From Hydrolagus affinis (taxonomy: Eukaryota), in NCBI GenBank assembly GCA_012026655.1, contig JAAILG010001711.1:1-62766 (forward strand): a stretch of 62,766 nucleotides of DNA, written 5' to 3'. The notes below the pieces were generated by a model. The model was given only the letters and a program-made list of their open reading frames with translations, was not told where the DNA came from and ran no database searches. Position numbers and translations under genes: made by a program. How positions within the stretch are numbered: the first letter of the stretch is position 1; the number at the start of each line of letters is the position of its first letter. Of this stretch, positions 1-12,700 are shown piece by piece.

Positions 1-215
1 CTCTGGAACTCCATCCCGCAATCCCTCACCCCCTTCCTGGCCTCATTCAACACCCCCCTCAAAATCCTCCTCATCGAGGTCCCATCAGTCACTCCAAATC
101 TCCTCCTTTCCCTCCACACCGATCCCGACCCCAGCTCAGGTCTGAAACAATGACTGTCCAAGCCTTGAGACGTCCTCCTGATGTGAAAGATATGTAATTT
201 TGTTGTTGTTGTTGT
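1..215 (+). mobile_element. L2-type LINE 3' fragment with (TTG)n tail
   Basis: LWNSIP-like RT C-terminus and GTGAAA...TTGTTGTTG tail; related pieces at about 1740-1990, 5290-5640, 24980-25140, 34690-34900, 45600-45930 and 48980-49150. Confidence 0.65.
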
Positions 216-582
216 CCCTCGCCCACAAATGGAATTCATCTATATCTAATTTCCTGATGGTCACCCTTCAGGAAATTAGATATAGTTTCCTTCCAACTCA
301 TGCCCTCCCTCACTTCTTTCCATGTCCATCTCAAGGCCATCTTCCACCTTGGTTTTAGTCACCCCAGCTCAGGTGCCAAACCAGGCCTGGCCAGCCTTTG
401 GGTTGCCCTCCCGATGTGAAATGTACTTGTGTATTATGTTGTATGTATGAAGATCTTGGTTGGGTTATCCCTTAACTTTCTCTGCTGTAAGTGTGTGGAA
501 CCATTCCTCCTGATCTTGTAAGATCTCGACATCCCACTCCTGGATGTTTCAGTATTTGAGTTTGTCGGGTTGTGTCACTTAC

Positions 583-715
583 TCATCCGCATGTAGGACC
601 TTGGGCATGGATTCCACCACTGGGTAGAGACGTTCTGCTGCCTCGTCGTCTCCTTGCAACCAATTGATGGCAACGATAATCATTGAAGCCCACCACTTAG
701 CAACCGGATCTGTGC
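583..715 (-). CDS. SREBF1: SREBF1 exon 15
   Basis: [31 protein letters not shown], read manually; gtaagt donor. Confidence 0.92.
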
Positions 716-3700
716 CTGGGGAGGAGGGGGAGGGAACAGGCAAAGTTAACAGTGTTAAATCACAGCTGCGGTGGGCTGCAGGTATAGCAAGCAGGTGGGG
801 GGTGACTTGTGTTACATGTTCTCAAACTCATCAAGGAACAACAGTGGGGAGGCAGGGGAGGTTGCAAAGAGGAAATCAGTGGGAGCTACATCAGCAGTGA
901 ATTCTGTAACTGGAGGGTGAGTTTCAGTGAGCGAAAAGATATTTAGTGTCTTCAATTACTTTTCTTCTGTGCCTCTGCTCCTGGTCTGCCATCTCCCCTC
1001 CCCGGGCTGTTGTTGCCATGTGCGCCTCCCCCACCCCCCATTTGCCCAAGAGACTGATGCTTATGTGTGAGCCTTGGCAACATTGGCAGTGCCATTAGAA
1101 TATAGAGGGTAGCAGTCGAGCCTGACCTCCTCTCACCCAGCTGCCCCACACATGCACACACACCCTAGAGGGGTTAAGGTATCGCACTGCCTAACCTAAG
1201 GAATGCCTAGGCATTTAGCTTCCCCACAAAGTGCTGGATTCACGCCAGTGATTCTAACTACTGCACCACTGCCATTGCAGCTTAATTTCACACTAAATAG
1301 ATCTGGTTTGACACGAATGTGAAGGAGGGCTTGGTATGAGAGTCGCCATATAGAATGATACTTGGCTGACCTGTGACGGCTGCCACGCTGGAGCCGAGGG
1401 CAAAGGTCTGGGTGGTCACTCGTGCAACGTCAGAGCAGCCGTTCAGCAGCTGCAAATATTCCAGAGCGTCTGAGAATTCCCTGGGAGGGAGAGGGAGAGG
1501 GAGCAAAGTCAGCAGCACTTCACTCTGTCAGAAACCTCACCAAAACTCAAGATGTTTCTTGTAATGTACACACTCTGCATTGTCACAACATACACTCTCA
1601 TAGACATATTATATACTTATATCTGTGAAATGGTATACACTGTATATTACTTGCATACTCTGTAACACTGTAGCTACTGTGGTGTACCATACCCATCCCA
1701 GTGTAAAACTGTTAAGATTCATTACAACAAAAATAAGCTGCATTTAAACAGTCCCTCTCACGCAAGATAGGGTTTGGCATTGCTAGAGTGGTGGAGCAAC
1801 CCTAAGCGGGCGTGGGGGTGATGGACCCGACTGTAAGTACAGTCAAAGAGAAAGGTCTTCTTCAGGCGCGATCTGAAGATAGGGGGGAGGGAAGGAAGGA
1901 GGGGGCAAGGCAGAAGGAATGAGGGAGTGTTCCAGGATTTCGAGGCATAGTGGCTGAAAATGCGGTCACCAATGGTGTGCATGAGGGACTAGTGTGAAAT
2001 GTATATGAATGAGACACTGGAGCTGAATGCCCACCCGCCTTCCCTTGCTGAGCGCTTGCTGCTCTCTGGTTTAACCATGCAGTATAAGGCCTTCTCCAGC
2101 AGATGCTCACGAAACGCCTGTGTCACTTGAGCCAAAGGATCAACTGTTAAAAAACAAAAGAAAATTTCTGTTCAATTTAAAAATAGACCACGTCTTGTGT
2201 CAAAGAGAAAAATGATAATGATAATAATCCATGCCACATATAGGTTTATCACGTCTTCGAGACGTCTCAAAGCGCTTTCACATAATTTACTGAATTGACT
2301 GTACACTTTGTGTGTTAAATGCGGCAGCCAATTGCACGCAGCAGTGTCCCACAAACAGTCTTGAATTGAGTGACCAAATTATTATTATTTGAATTTGAAG
2401 GGATTATTATTCCCCAAAAAGCGATCCGCGAATGGACTGATAACCGGATTCTTACTTACTGCTAGGTAAGCAGAGACGTGTGGAATGTGGAAATTTGCCC
2501 AACGTTTCGTCATGGCTGGGAATTGAACCCAGGTCCTCTGGCTTGTGAGGCGAGTGCTCTAATCACTGAGCTACAGGACTCCTCTAAGTGGTCACTTTCC
2601 GAATTAGCGAATGGCTGAAGAAGCCCTTCCCATGGCTCACCCGTGTTGCCCGCCATGCTGTAGGTGCTGTCTCTGGGGGCGCTCATCACACTCCAGTCTC
2701 CGTCCACAAAGAACCTGTGTCCCAGTGGGTGGCAAAGCCAGTGTAATGTGGGCAGCACGGTGCCGCTGTGAGACAGGCAGATCTGTCTGGTGCTGCTCAG
2801 GAAGAAGCGCTGCGATCGAACAGAGAAATAAATAGGGAGGCAGAGGATGAAACCTGTCTCACAGAACAAGGCAAATTACACGTTCACCCCACCAATTAAC
2901 CAACCCACACCCTCTCACGACCTGCAAACACTTTGGTTAATTTGCTGGATCACAGCAGAGAAACAACAACAACAAAATTACACTTGTATAGCGTCTTTCA
3001 CGTTAGGAGGACGTCCCGAGGTTGGGTGACATGGGAAATGTTATGTTTGACACCTTTCAGGGGCTCCCGTCCACTCCTCTCTGTGGCTTTCACTTTTCCT
3101 TTCTTTTTTGAAATCCTGCTCTCTCCCGCAGGCAAACACCCTACAAAGTGTCAGAACCCCTCGAAGGGTGGGGAACCCTTGGTGCCTCCTTCAAAATGGG
3201 GTCCACAGAGGAAGCCACGCCCCCCCACCCCCCTCCCTCCCACCCCCTACTACAAATGCCCGGGTTTGCTGCACCCGGGACACAAAAGAGTTTTTTTCCT
3301 TTCTGTGAGAGGGTATTTTATGAGATAGGTGTGAAAATAGATTCAATCAATCCTATTCTCTAATTTAAAAAAATTCCTGTTACTTTTAAAACTTATAATT
3401 AGGCTTATTAGGAAGAGAAGCTGCTGTATTATAAATAATAATAATAATCCTTGCATTTGATGTAGCGCTTTTCACATCTTATCGACGTCTCAAAGCACTT
3501 CACAGAATATACTGTAAAGTGAATTGACTGCATATTTGTTGGCGAAACGCAGCAGTCAATTGCGCACAGCAGCGTCCCCAAAAACAGTCATGGATTGTAC
3601 TCACAGTCATGAAGTGGAACCTCCTGTTCAGGCTGGTCTTGATTCGAATTGCAGCTGCCACGTACATCTCGGCCACGGTTGCCACGGAGACGGCCTCACC

Positions 3701-6700
3701 TGCACACTCGGCCAGGTTGACCGAGCTCAGCGCCATGTTAATGGCCGACAGGTGGCTTCCACCCAGCTTGCCTGGGGCACAAGGTTAAATGTAAACTTCC
3801 TCGAGGGATGAAGTTAAAACCTCAGCCAGATTCACTTCCCCACTACCACCCGTCCATCTCTCTGTACCTCCCAACGCCAGCAAAGAGCAGACACAGGAAA
3901 TCGCTGATTAAAAAGGTCACAGCTCTGCAGCACGCTTAAATGCTGTTAACCTGGAACTGCGCAGATTGTAAATGGTGGTGTCTAGAGTGATTGGGAGTGT
4001 GCCACTGATCACCAATGCTCAGTCATAGGGTGGGGCGTGGGTTCAATGGACAGGTTCCAACCCTAGCCTGTTGCAACCGCCCAGACAGCCAGGTCTGAAC
4101 CCGCAGGAGCAAAGAGTCTGGGAGGAAAGCCAAGGGATCTGTGGCCCTCGTTTAAAAAAGTCAATTAGCAGGTATGGATCTGATGGCCTATTTATTGCTT
4201 TGTCATGTAACAGTAATGGGCTGCAGTGTGCAGTGAGGCTAGCCAGCTGTCACAGACAATCCCTTCTCGTTCACTCCTCCCAGCACTGAATGGCTCTGCT
4301 TGTCAAGATGATTCCTTCAGTGAGCAACGGTGACACTAATTCTGTTCAGCGTCTGATCCGCTTTGGTTGCTGCTCGTGCAACGGCAATGCCGCCCATCTG
4401 CTAAACTTTTTCTATTTGGCCTTTGAGCACTCCCTCCCTCTCCTGCTCCTCACCTCCCTCACATCCCCCCCCTCACCCTGCTTCTCTTGCTCACCATTCT
4501 CCTCCCTCCCTCACTCCCTCCTCCTCCCTCCCCACTTCCCTCTCTCTCACTCTCCCTTGCTCACCAGTCAGGTGGAGCTGGTGCAGCTTGTGATAGACCA
4601 GGGCTGCGTCGCGAGCGCTCTTCCTGACATCCTTGGTCAGCTCGCTGTCCCGGCGGAAGCCCCCCGCCCGCGCCGCCAGCCAGCGGCCCACCCACAGCCG
4701 CTGCAGCACATGCCGGACCAGGTTCCACATCAGGCTGCAGGCGAGGTCCAGCTTGGAGGTAGGGAGGGGCCGGCCCAGAGCTTCCAAACAGGTCCAAAGG
4801 TTCTGCGATGCTTGAGCAAAATCACCCTGAAAATAAACCCAAACACAAAAATGTGGGCTGTGTTGTTTTTGCTCTCCCCTCCCCCTGCCACACAACAAAC
4901 TTCACTGGGTAATCACAAGAACCCTGCAGGCTTGACATTTGAGCTGACAATGTGATGTGGAACATAAGGACGGCACAAAGAAGCAGTGGAGCAGAACTAG
5001 CTAGGCAGTAAAACACTGTGCCTGTAACTCTGCATCGCTGTCCCTACAGATCGCAGGGTTATACACGGTTCTGCCGGTTTAGGTACAGGAATTCTCTACT
5101 ACATCTTTCAAAGTAAAAGATCTAAAGCATTCAGTGTTTTAGGAATTCAATAAATTACAGAGATCTGATAATAAACACCACAATTCAGACACTGAATGTT
5201 GTTCATTTTAAACCTCATGAGACTCATCATCAGCTTGAAAAAATATCCTGCCCAGAACCAACATCAATTTCAAGAACCCCTGACTCATTTTCAAATACCT
5301 TCGTATCCTAGCACCGCCCTACTTCTCCAACCTGCTTTCCCCACAACCCACTACCCAATGACTCTGCTCAACTGACACTGGCTTCCTGCATGTCCCTCAT
5401 GCTCTCTGTTCCACCATCAGTGGCCACACATTCAGCCACTGTGCCCCCAAACTCTGGAACATTTTCCTCTATTCTTCCGCCTTGCCCTCTCCTTCTTCAT
5501 CTTCAGATCGTGCTTGAAGACTTTCCTCTTCGATTGTGTTTACGGTCACCTCCCGCTCCCCCGGCTCAGCATCTTGTTTGGCCACTGCCAAGTACTCTGG
5601 GACCTTGTGTGAAGGGCGCTATATAAAAGCAAGCTGTTGTTGTGGATCACCCAGTGGCAGGGATGAGGAGGGAAATGATTCCAGCGCGTCAGTCCAGGGT
5701 AAGGTGATGAATGAAGAAATCCTTACTCTGGCCAAATCCAGATCAGCCTGTTTGCGGTGTCTCCAGAACAGGACTGACGACTCCGAGTGCAGCCGGGTCA
5801 CAGGCTCGCCATAGACAAAGATCTTAATGATTACGCCCAGGACAATGATTCCATTGAGGAGCCAGAGGGTTAGTGTGGGCCAGACCCACGCCAGCCAATC
5901 AGATGTGTTCACTGGGAATAGAAGGATAATGTTAAGAGCTATAATAATAATCCTTGCATTTGATATAGTGCTTTTCACATTTTATCGACGTCTTAAAGCG
6001 CTTCACAGAATATACTGTAAAGTGAATTAATTGTATATTTGTGGGCGAAACGCGGTGCCAATTGCGCACAGCAGTGTCCCACAAACAGTCGTGGATTGAA
6101 ATGACCAATTATTGTGTTTTTTTTGGAGGGATTATTATTAGTAGCCAGTATCCAGTTTGCTGGGCTCAGTGCCAGGTTATTTATCCAATCAACTGCAGAC
6201 CAATTTCACCACCAAAACAGATTGGTGCCAATCAGATACCAGAACTGCATGAGGCAAAGATCTCCGATTAAATCCAATCCTACTCTCTTCATTTCCCCCT
6301 GGCTCAGGTCTAGCGAGTTGGGACGTCCTCCTGACATGAAAGGCTCAGTGTGAATGTCTTTTTGTACTGGATTCTGCAGACTCCTTACCTTCAGCAGAAA
6401 CTTCCAGCATGTTCCTGCCGGCGCCATAGTATGGCCTGCCATCCAGGGAGCCGCTGTTGTCTGACCGGCCAATCAACGATGCCAGTGGGTTGAAGGACAG
6501 GCAGAGGAAGACAAAGGTACAAAGTACCATCCTGGAGCGATCAAGCATGCCAATACTACTAGATGATGCCAACTCTTGTTTGACAAATACCTGAATAGGA
6601 GTGAAAATAGAGTAATAATAATAATCCTTGCATTTAATATAGCACTTTATCACGTCTTCTAGACCAACCTTCTGGTTCTCAACCTTTTTCAGTAATGTAC

Positions 6701-9700
6701 CCCTTGTTATTCTTCAACATTATCATGTAGATCCACCCAACCACATACACACATACACACCCCACTCCTCATTCCACTTGCATTTTACGACCAAGCTTTG
6801 CTTATATAACAAAATAAGTAGCACATACAAAACGAGAGGAATAACAATTAAATATACAATTTGGAAGGCTGTAAAATGCTAATTAAGAGAGCTAAATAAA
6901 TCAATGTACCGCCACAGTTACCCTTGGAAGTAACGGAAAGTACCCCACCGGGGGACATGTACCCCTGGTTGAGAACCGTTGTTTTAGACGCCTCAAAGCG
7001 CTGCCAACAAACAGTCGTGGATTGAGTGACCAAATTATTATTAAAATGAATGTATATCTAAAAAATTCCAGAAAACAGAACCATATGAGAGCACTTTGAG
7101 AGCGCTACCTTGCCATCTTCAAAGTCTGGCTCTGAGTCACTGCTGCTCAGCGAAAAGGGGCTGCTTTGAGGTGAGGAACCAGCATCTGAAGGTGGGGGAG
7201 TCAATACATCGGACTCCAGCTTGAATCCATCCATCTTCCTATCCACACTCATCCCATTGGAAGCTACAATATCTTTCAGAGACTCTGAAACACACAGGCT
7301 TGTTATTACCGTGAGGTAAAACAATGAACACAGCGCAGCATTAGGTTTGAGTACATGTTAGTGTGTGCACACACTACACTAGAAATGCAGAGACTTAAAC
7401 CAGTCTGGAAATTCTCAACAAATCCCAGCTTGAGCAGCTTGCTCTGGGTGTCTCAGATGGACATTCAGACTCACGATTTTTTTGTACCGCCATCCTCAGT
7501 GCTGTGTTCTCTTGTTTCAGCTTCTGGTTGGTTTGTTGCATGAAGCGAATATAATCGACAGCCTTCCTCAGGATCGCTGACTTGTTCAACTAGCAGCACA
7601 CACAGCAAAAGAAAAAAAACAGCACTTTAAATAACCCACTTGCAAATTGGGAGTCTGTAAGTTTCTAACTAAGTTCCTTCCTGAGGAATTTCTTTAGAAT
7701 TGCCATCAACCCACTGGACGTCTGCGCTGAACAGAACAGCTTAAGACCTAATGGGAGTTTCTGGCCTCTGCATGCGTTTGCCTGAGTGCTCAGCTTTCAT
7801 TGGGGAATTTTAAATCAGGTCACGAGGGGAAAGACAATGTGTGATGTGACCAGGAGTGGAGTCCTGAGCACAGAGAGGAAGCAGGACCTGGCAGCAAGAG
7901 GCCAAAGACACCTTGTATTAGTGCATAATATCCTGTGGAAATCAAGCCAGATAGTCAGGAAGGTAGTCGATAACTGGGACTGCACTGAAATCTCCTACAG
8001 TTAAGGAAAATCACTTTCTGGGTGTTGACATGCAATTTAGGCTGAAATTGGTACCTTGGAATCAGTGCCCATAATGAGTTCTTTGAGCTCCACAATCTTG
8101 TCATTGATTGACGACCTGTAGCGCTTCTCGATAGCGTTATGAGCTGTGCGTTTCTCCCCCTTGTTTGGGGTGTTAGAAGGTTTGCCGTTGGATGGCATGC
8201 GATTGATGGGCAGTTTATCCGTGTCCACCATCATTGTTGTCAAAATGGTATTCCCACTGACCAGAGCCTGCAAAAACACAGCGTTAAAAACTTAGGATGT
8301 GAGGAGAATAGTTTTGACACTAAATTCAGCCTGACTTCATTTGTTGGAACATTTGCCTCTGTTTAGGAGTTCAAGTCCATCATGGTGGCATTGAGCTCAC
8401 AGACAAGGAACTCAGAAAGGGCTTTGAGGCAGAAAAAAAGCTCTCAATCTCTTAAAATTTACTCATCACCACAAGAAACCGGGACTCAGTAGCGGCTAAA
8501 GAACAGTTAGGATAATTTAACTGAAGTTGAGTGAAATCTAAGTGAAGGTTTTGGATAGTCATGAAACATAAAAGGTTGATAATATTCACATGTAGCCCAG
8601 GTTGACTGAACCTCAAGAATTAGGAGGCTTAAATCCCCAAAGAGTGAATGGAAGACAATAATCTTGTTTCAACAGTTGGGATGAATTTAATGGGCCGCGG
8701 GTCGCCCGAATATCCGGCAGACGCTTTAACCGGCATTGACCAGGTCCCACGGGTGCCGGATAAACGGGCTTTTATTGTATATATTTTGTGGCTGAAACGG
8801 AACAGCCAATTGCGTGGATTGAAGTGATCAACTGATAATTTTTTTGAGTGAAGGAATTATTACCTGCAGAAAAGTGATCTGCCAGCCGCCTAACAAATGG
8901 GTTCTTACTGCTGGGTAAATAGAGGCGTGTGGAGTAAGGAAACTTGCCCAACATTTTGCCCTGCCCAGGAATCAAACCCAGGTCCCTCACTTGCGAGGCG
9001 AGTGAGCTACAGGACTCTACAATCCCGAAATGCTAATGATTATTATTACAGTATACCCAGTAACTTGGCATCACATACCGGCATCTGCAGCGGGTTGCTG
9101 GTGGTCAGAGAGGAGAGAGTAGGTGTCTTTACCGCTGTTACCATTGTGGTTCCGTCAGGCTTCAATGCTGTGAGCAGCAGCGAGTCAGCCTTAATGAACT
9201 GAGGCTGAAAGAGGACCTGCAGGAACACACAGGCAGAAGTGTCACAACTTTGTATTTCCACTCAGTCCTATGGCAGCTGCCCTCCTTTGTCTTTTCTGAA
9301 CTCTTCTGAGGATCAGAGATTGGATCCTAGGATCCTAGATTGCATGAGAATAAGCAAGAGAAACTGGAACCTTGTAACCACTTTAACACAGGAACAAAAC
9401 CAAATTACATTTGTTTGGCGCTTTTCACATCGGGAGGACATCGCAAGGCGCTGGCTTCAATATGTTGGTCACGCACGGGTTGTTATTCATTGAACATTTT
9501 AGAGGTTAATTTGGATTCAACAACAACAACAACAAAATTACACTTGTATAGCGTTTTTCACGTCAGGAGGACATCCCAAGGCTCTGGACAGTTAGTTACT
9601 GCTTCAGACCCGAGCTGAGGACGGTTGGGGGGGGGTGGGGGGGGGAGGGGCAGAGGGAAAGGGGAAATTAGGTGTTGCCGATGGGGCCATCGAAGAGGAG

Positions 9701-12700
9701 AGTATTAAGACGAGACTTGAAGGGTTCAGTACATATCTGAAAATACTGTAAAAACCTGAGCTGGAGTTGATTCTAACCCCCAGTGCAGGTTTTAACCATT
9801 TGACTGTCCAGCATTGGGATATTCTCCTAACGTTAAGGGCGCTATATAAATGCAACTTGTTGTTGGTATAAGAATTCCACTCTGCAGTCCAACAGGTGAT
9901 TGACAGCCAGCTTTGGATTTCACACCTGAAATCCCGTTTATTTCACTGATTTTCAACCTAGGTGTCTGAGCTTCTTACACAATATTCCTTTTCAGGTTTT
10001 TCAGTAATAGACAAAAAATAAACTGTGGTCTTTCCCCCAAGGCCGGGCAATGGGCCAGTGTGACCTGAAGCCAACCCTCTGGCTCCCTATCTGCAGCTGA
10101 ACATTGCACCTCGAAAACCACTAACTCCATATTACAACAAGAGTGATGGGATGTCAGCCTGTGAATCTCGCAGGAATAGGAGTAACACCTTGAGCCTGGC
10201 TGATTCATGACTGATGTGTAGCTCAAATTCAATTACTCACCTATGCCACATACCCCTCGATACCCTTACGTAACAAATATCTATCCACCCCAATCTTAAA
10301 AAATTGAATGGATCCAGCATCCACAGCCTTTTGAAACTCAACTAATTATTATTATTATCACTGAGGTGAATCTGATTGAGCTCAGTTCTGCCTTCCCGAG
10401 CGGCGGAATGACTTACCGGGACCTGATGGATCTGTGCTGAAACAGTGGGAGTTGTGCAGGTTGGTGCAGGGGCCAGGAGCTGCTGTGTGGGCTGGGTCTG
10501 GGTCTGAACCATCATGGCCTGCATCTGCTGAGGAACCACCAGGTCCTGGAGTTGCTGTGGCACCATCTCCTGCTGTAACACTGAACAGAGTAAAGCCCAA
10601 TGTCAGTTCAACTCCACCTTACTTACACTGACTGAATGGGAAAGTGCTTTGGTGAAAATTTGAATCATAAAATCCTCAAGGTCTAGGGGTTTGTCAGTCC
10701 TCTCATTCCCACATGCCCCAGGAGGAGAGATAACTACGTCCTTTGCTGCTATGGTTGTCCTTCCTACACTATTGAATACACACTCACTAACTGTTTCAGC
10801 GTCTTGCCCTCACCCTAACCTGTGTTGTTTCCTCCAGTTCTTCAGCCACTCTTCTCCTGCTCTTTGGAACTCCCTCCCCATAATCCCCAACCCAATTTTG
10901 TTTTACACCAGCTGCAGAACTCTTCCTACCCATGTCTCACGTTTGTTCATAACTCTGATCCACCCTCACAGAACTGGACACCATGTGCTATTGAATACTC
11001 TAGGAATATGGCATGTCCTGATTAGCGAAATGGCAATCCTAAACCGCATTACTGCACATCTCACCTTGGCCCTTTGCATTTCTTGTTTAAATCTCGTTGA
11101 GGAAAAATAGCACAAATTGGCCATTCACCCGTTTGGATAATCGCTCTCCTGGTCACCATGGTGCATTTTAGATAGTTTGGGGAAATTATGTGGGACAGAG
11201 AAGCGCACAGGTCCATATGAAATGGTAGCAAAGTTTTTTATTTAAATGGACACCATTTGGCATTTGTCGATGTATAACACATTAAGGTGCTCATTGTTAA
11301 CAACAACAACAAGATTACACTTGTATAGCGCCTTTCACGTCAGGAAAACAAATAATCTGTTGTAATTAAACTAGCACGAATGTGTGTGTGACCTTCAAAT
11401 TCATTCATCCTCTTGCTCCACCCTAAATCTATAATCTCCTCCACCTCCAGTCTCCTGTCCACATCCTCCACTGCTCCAACTCAAATCTAATATTCATTCC
11501 TCATCCCTCCTCTGTTGCACCAATTAGTGTCTGAGTTCTCTGCTCCGTGGAACTTTCTAGATCTTTCTCAAAATCCTTTCACCTTGCCACTCCCTCTGAC
11601 TCGCTTTCTCTCTCCTCTTCTTCCCACCTTCCAAACCCTAAATAACATGTTTGTAACTTCCTCAGCACCTCTCACCCTCTCCAACCCACCCCCACCCCAT
11701 GACAACCATGACACATGTTGTTTCTCTAAAGCACGGCCAGAATGTTGCTGCATATGTGCGTGTTATCGAACGATGAAGGTTTACCTGTAAATGTATTGGT
11801 GTTCTGGTAATTCATCAACGGTTGCTGCTGAGTAAACTGTGGCTGTGGCGAGACTGTAAAGCTGGGAGACATCATGATAGCCTTTTGTGTGCCTAGTTGC
11901 ATAGGGCTCCCTTCCTGCTTGACCTGCTGTGAGGGAAACTGTAGGGGCTGTGGCAAGAGCTGTTGATGTTGCTGCTGGTGAGGAGATGGCTGGAACATTT
12001 TCACAGAGGTTGGCGACTTGTTACCGCTCCCCAAGATGCTGTCCAGGGACAAATTCATTGAGCTTTGGTTAGACAGGGAAGCTGAACTGCTGTCCTGCAG
12101 TGGGGTGCTTGCACCAAAAGGACTATCAAACAAACCAGGGAACTCGCCATCCTGGTTGTTAATCAGCTGCAGCATATCTGTAAAGCAAGCAAAATTCTGA
12201 ATTACAGCCACTCACACATACACATACAAGGTATCAAATACAAGGTAGCACATTGAAGGGATGCGTAGAATCTTATAGCATAGAAGGAGGCTATTTGGCC
12301 CATTGTTTCATCCACACATACACAGTCAATTCACTTTACAGTATATTCTGTGAAGCGCTTTGAGACGTCGATAAGATGTGAAAAGTGCTATATCAAATGC
12401 AAGTACAGTAAAAGCCCGTTTATCTGGCAGCCTCGGAACCTGGCCAATGCTGGGTAAAGCGCCTGCCGGATATTCGGCTGAAAATACAAATAAATAAAAA
12501 TTAAAAATGCATTTTTCTGGATAAATTCCGGTTAATCGAATGTAGACTTTTTTTTTGTGATGCTGGTTATACGGAAGTTACAGTTGATCAGGTCACGGAT
12601 GAATGGACTTTCACTGTATTATTATTATCATGCCTGTTCTGGTTCTTTGAGAGAGCTATTCAATTAGTCACTCTCCCCCAATCTTTCTCCATAGGCTTGC

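Noticed and set aside
1-582. Intronic miR-33 of SREBF genes
   Set aside because: No GTGCATTG-(C/T)-hairpin seen here; the host intron is expected after the next exon, beyond the window start.
4290-4955. 221-aa plus-strand ORF
   Set aside because: Antisense shadow of GC-rich SREBF1 exon 10 plus low-complexity intron.
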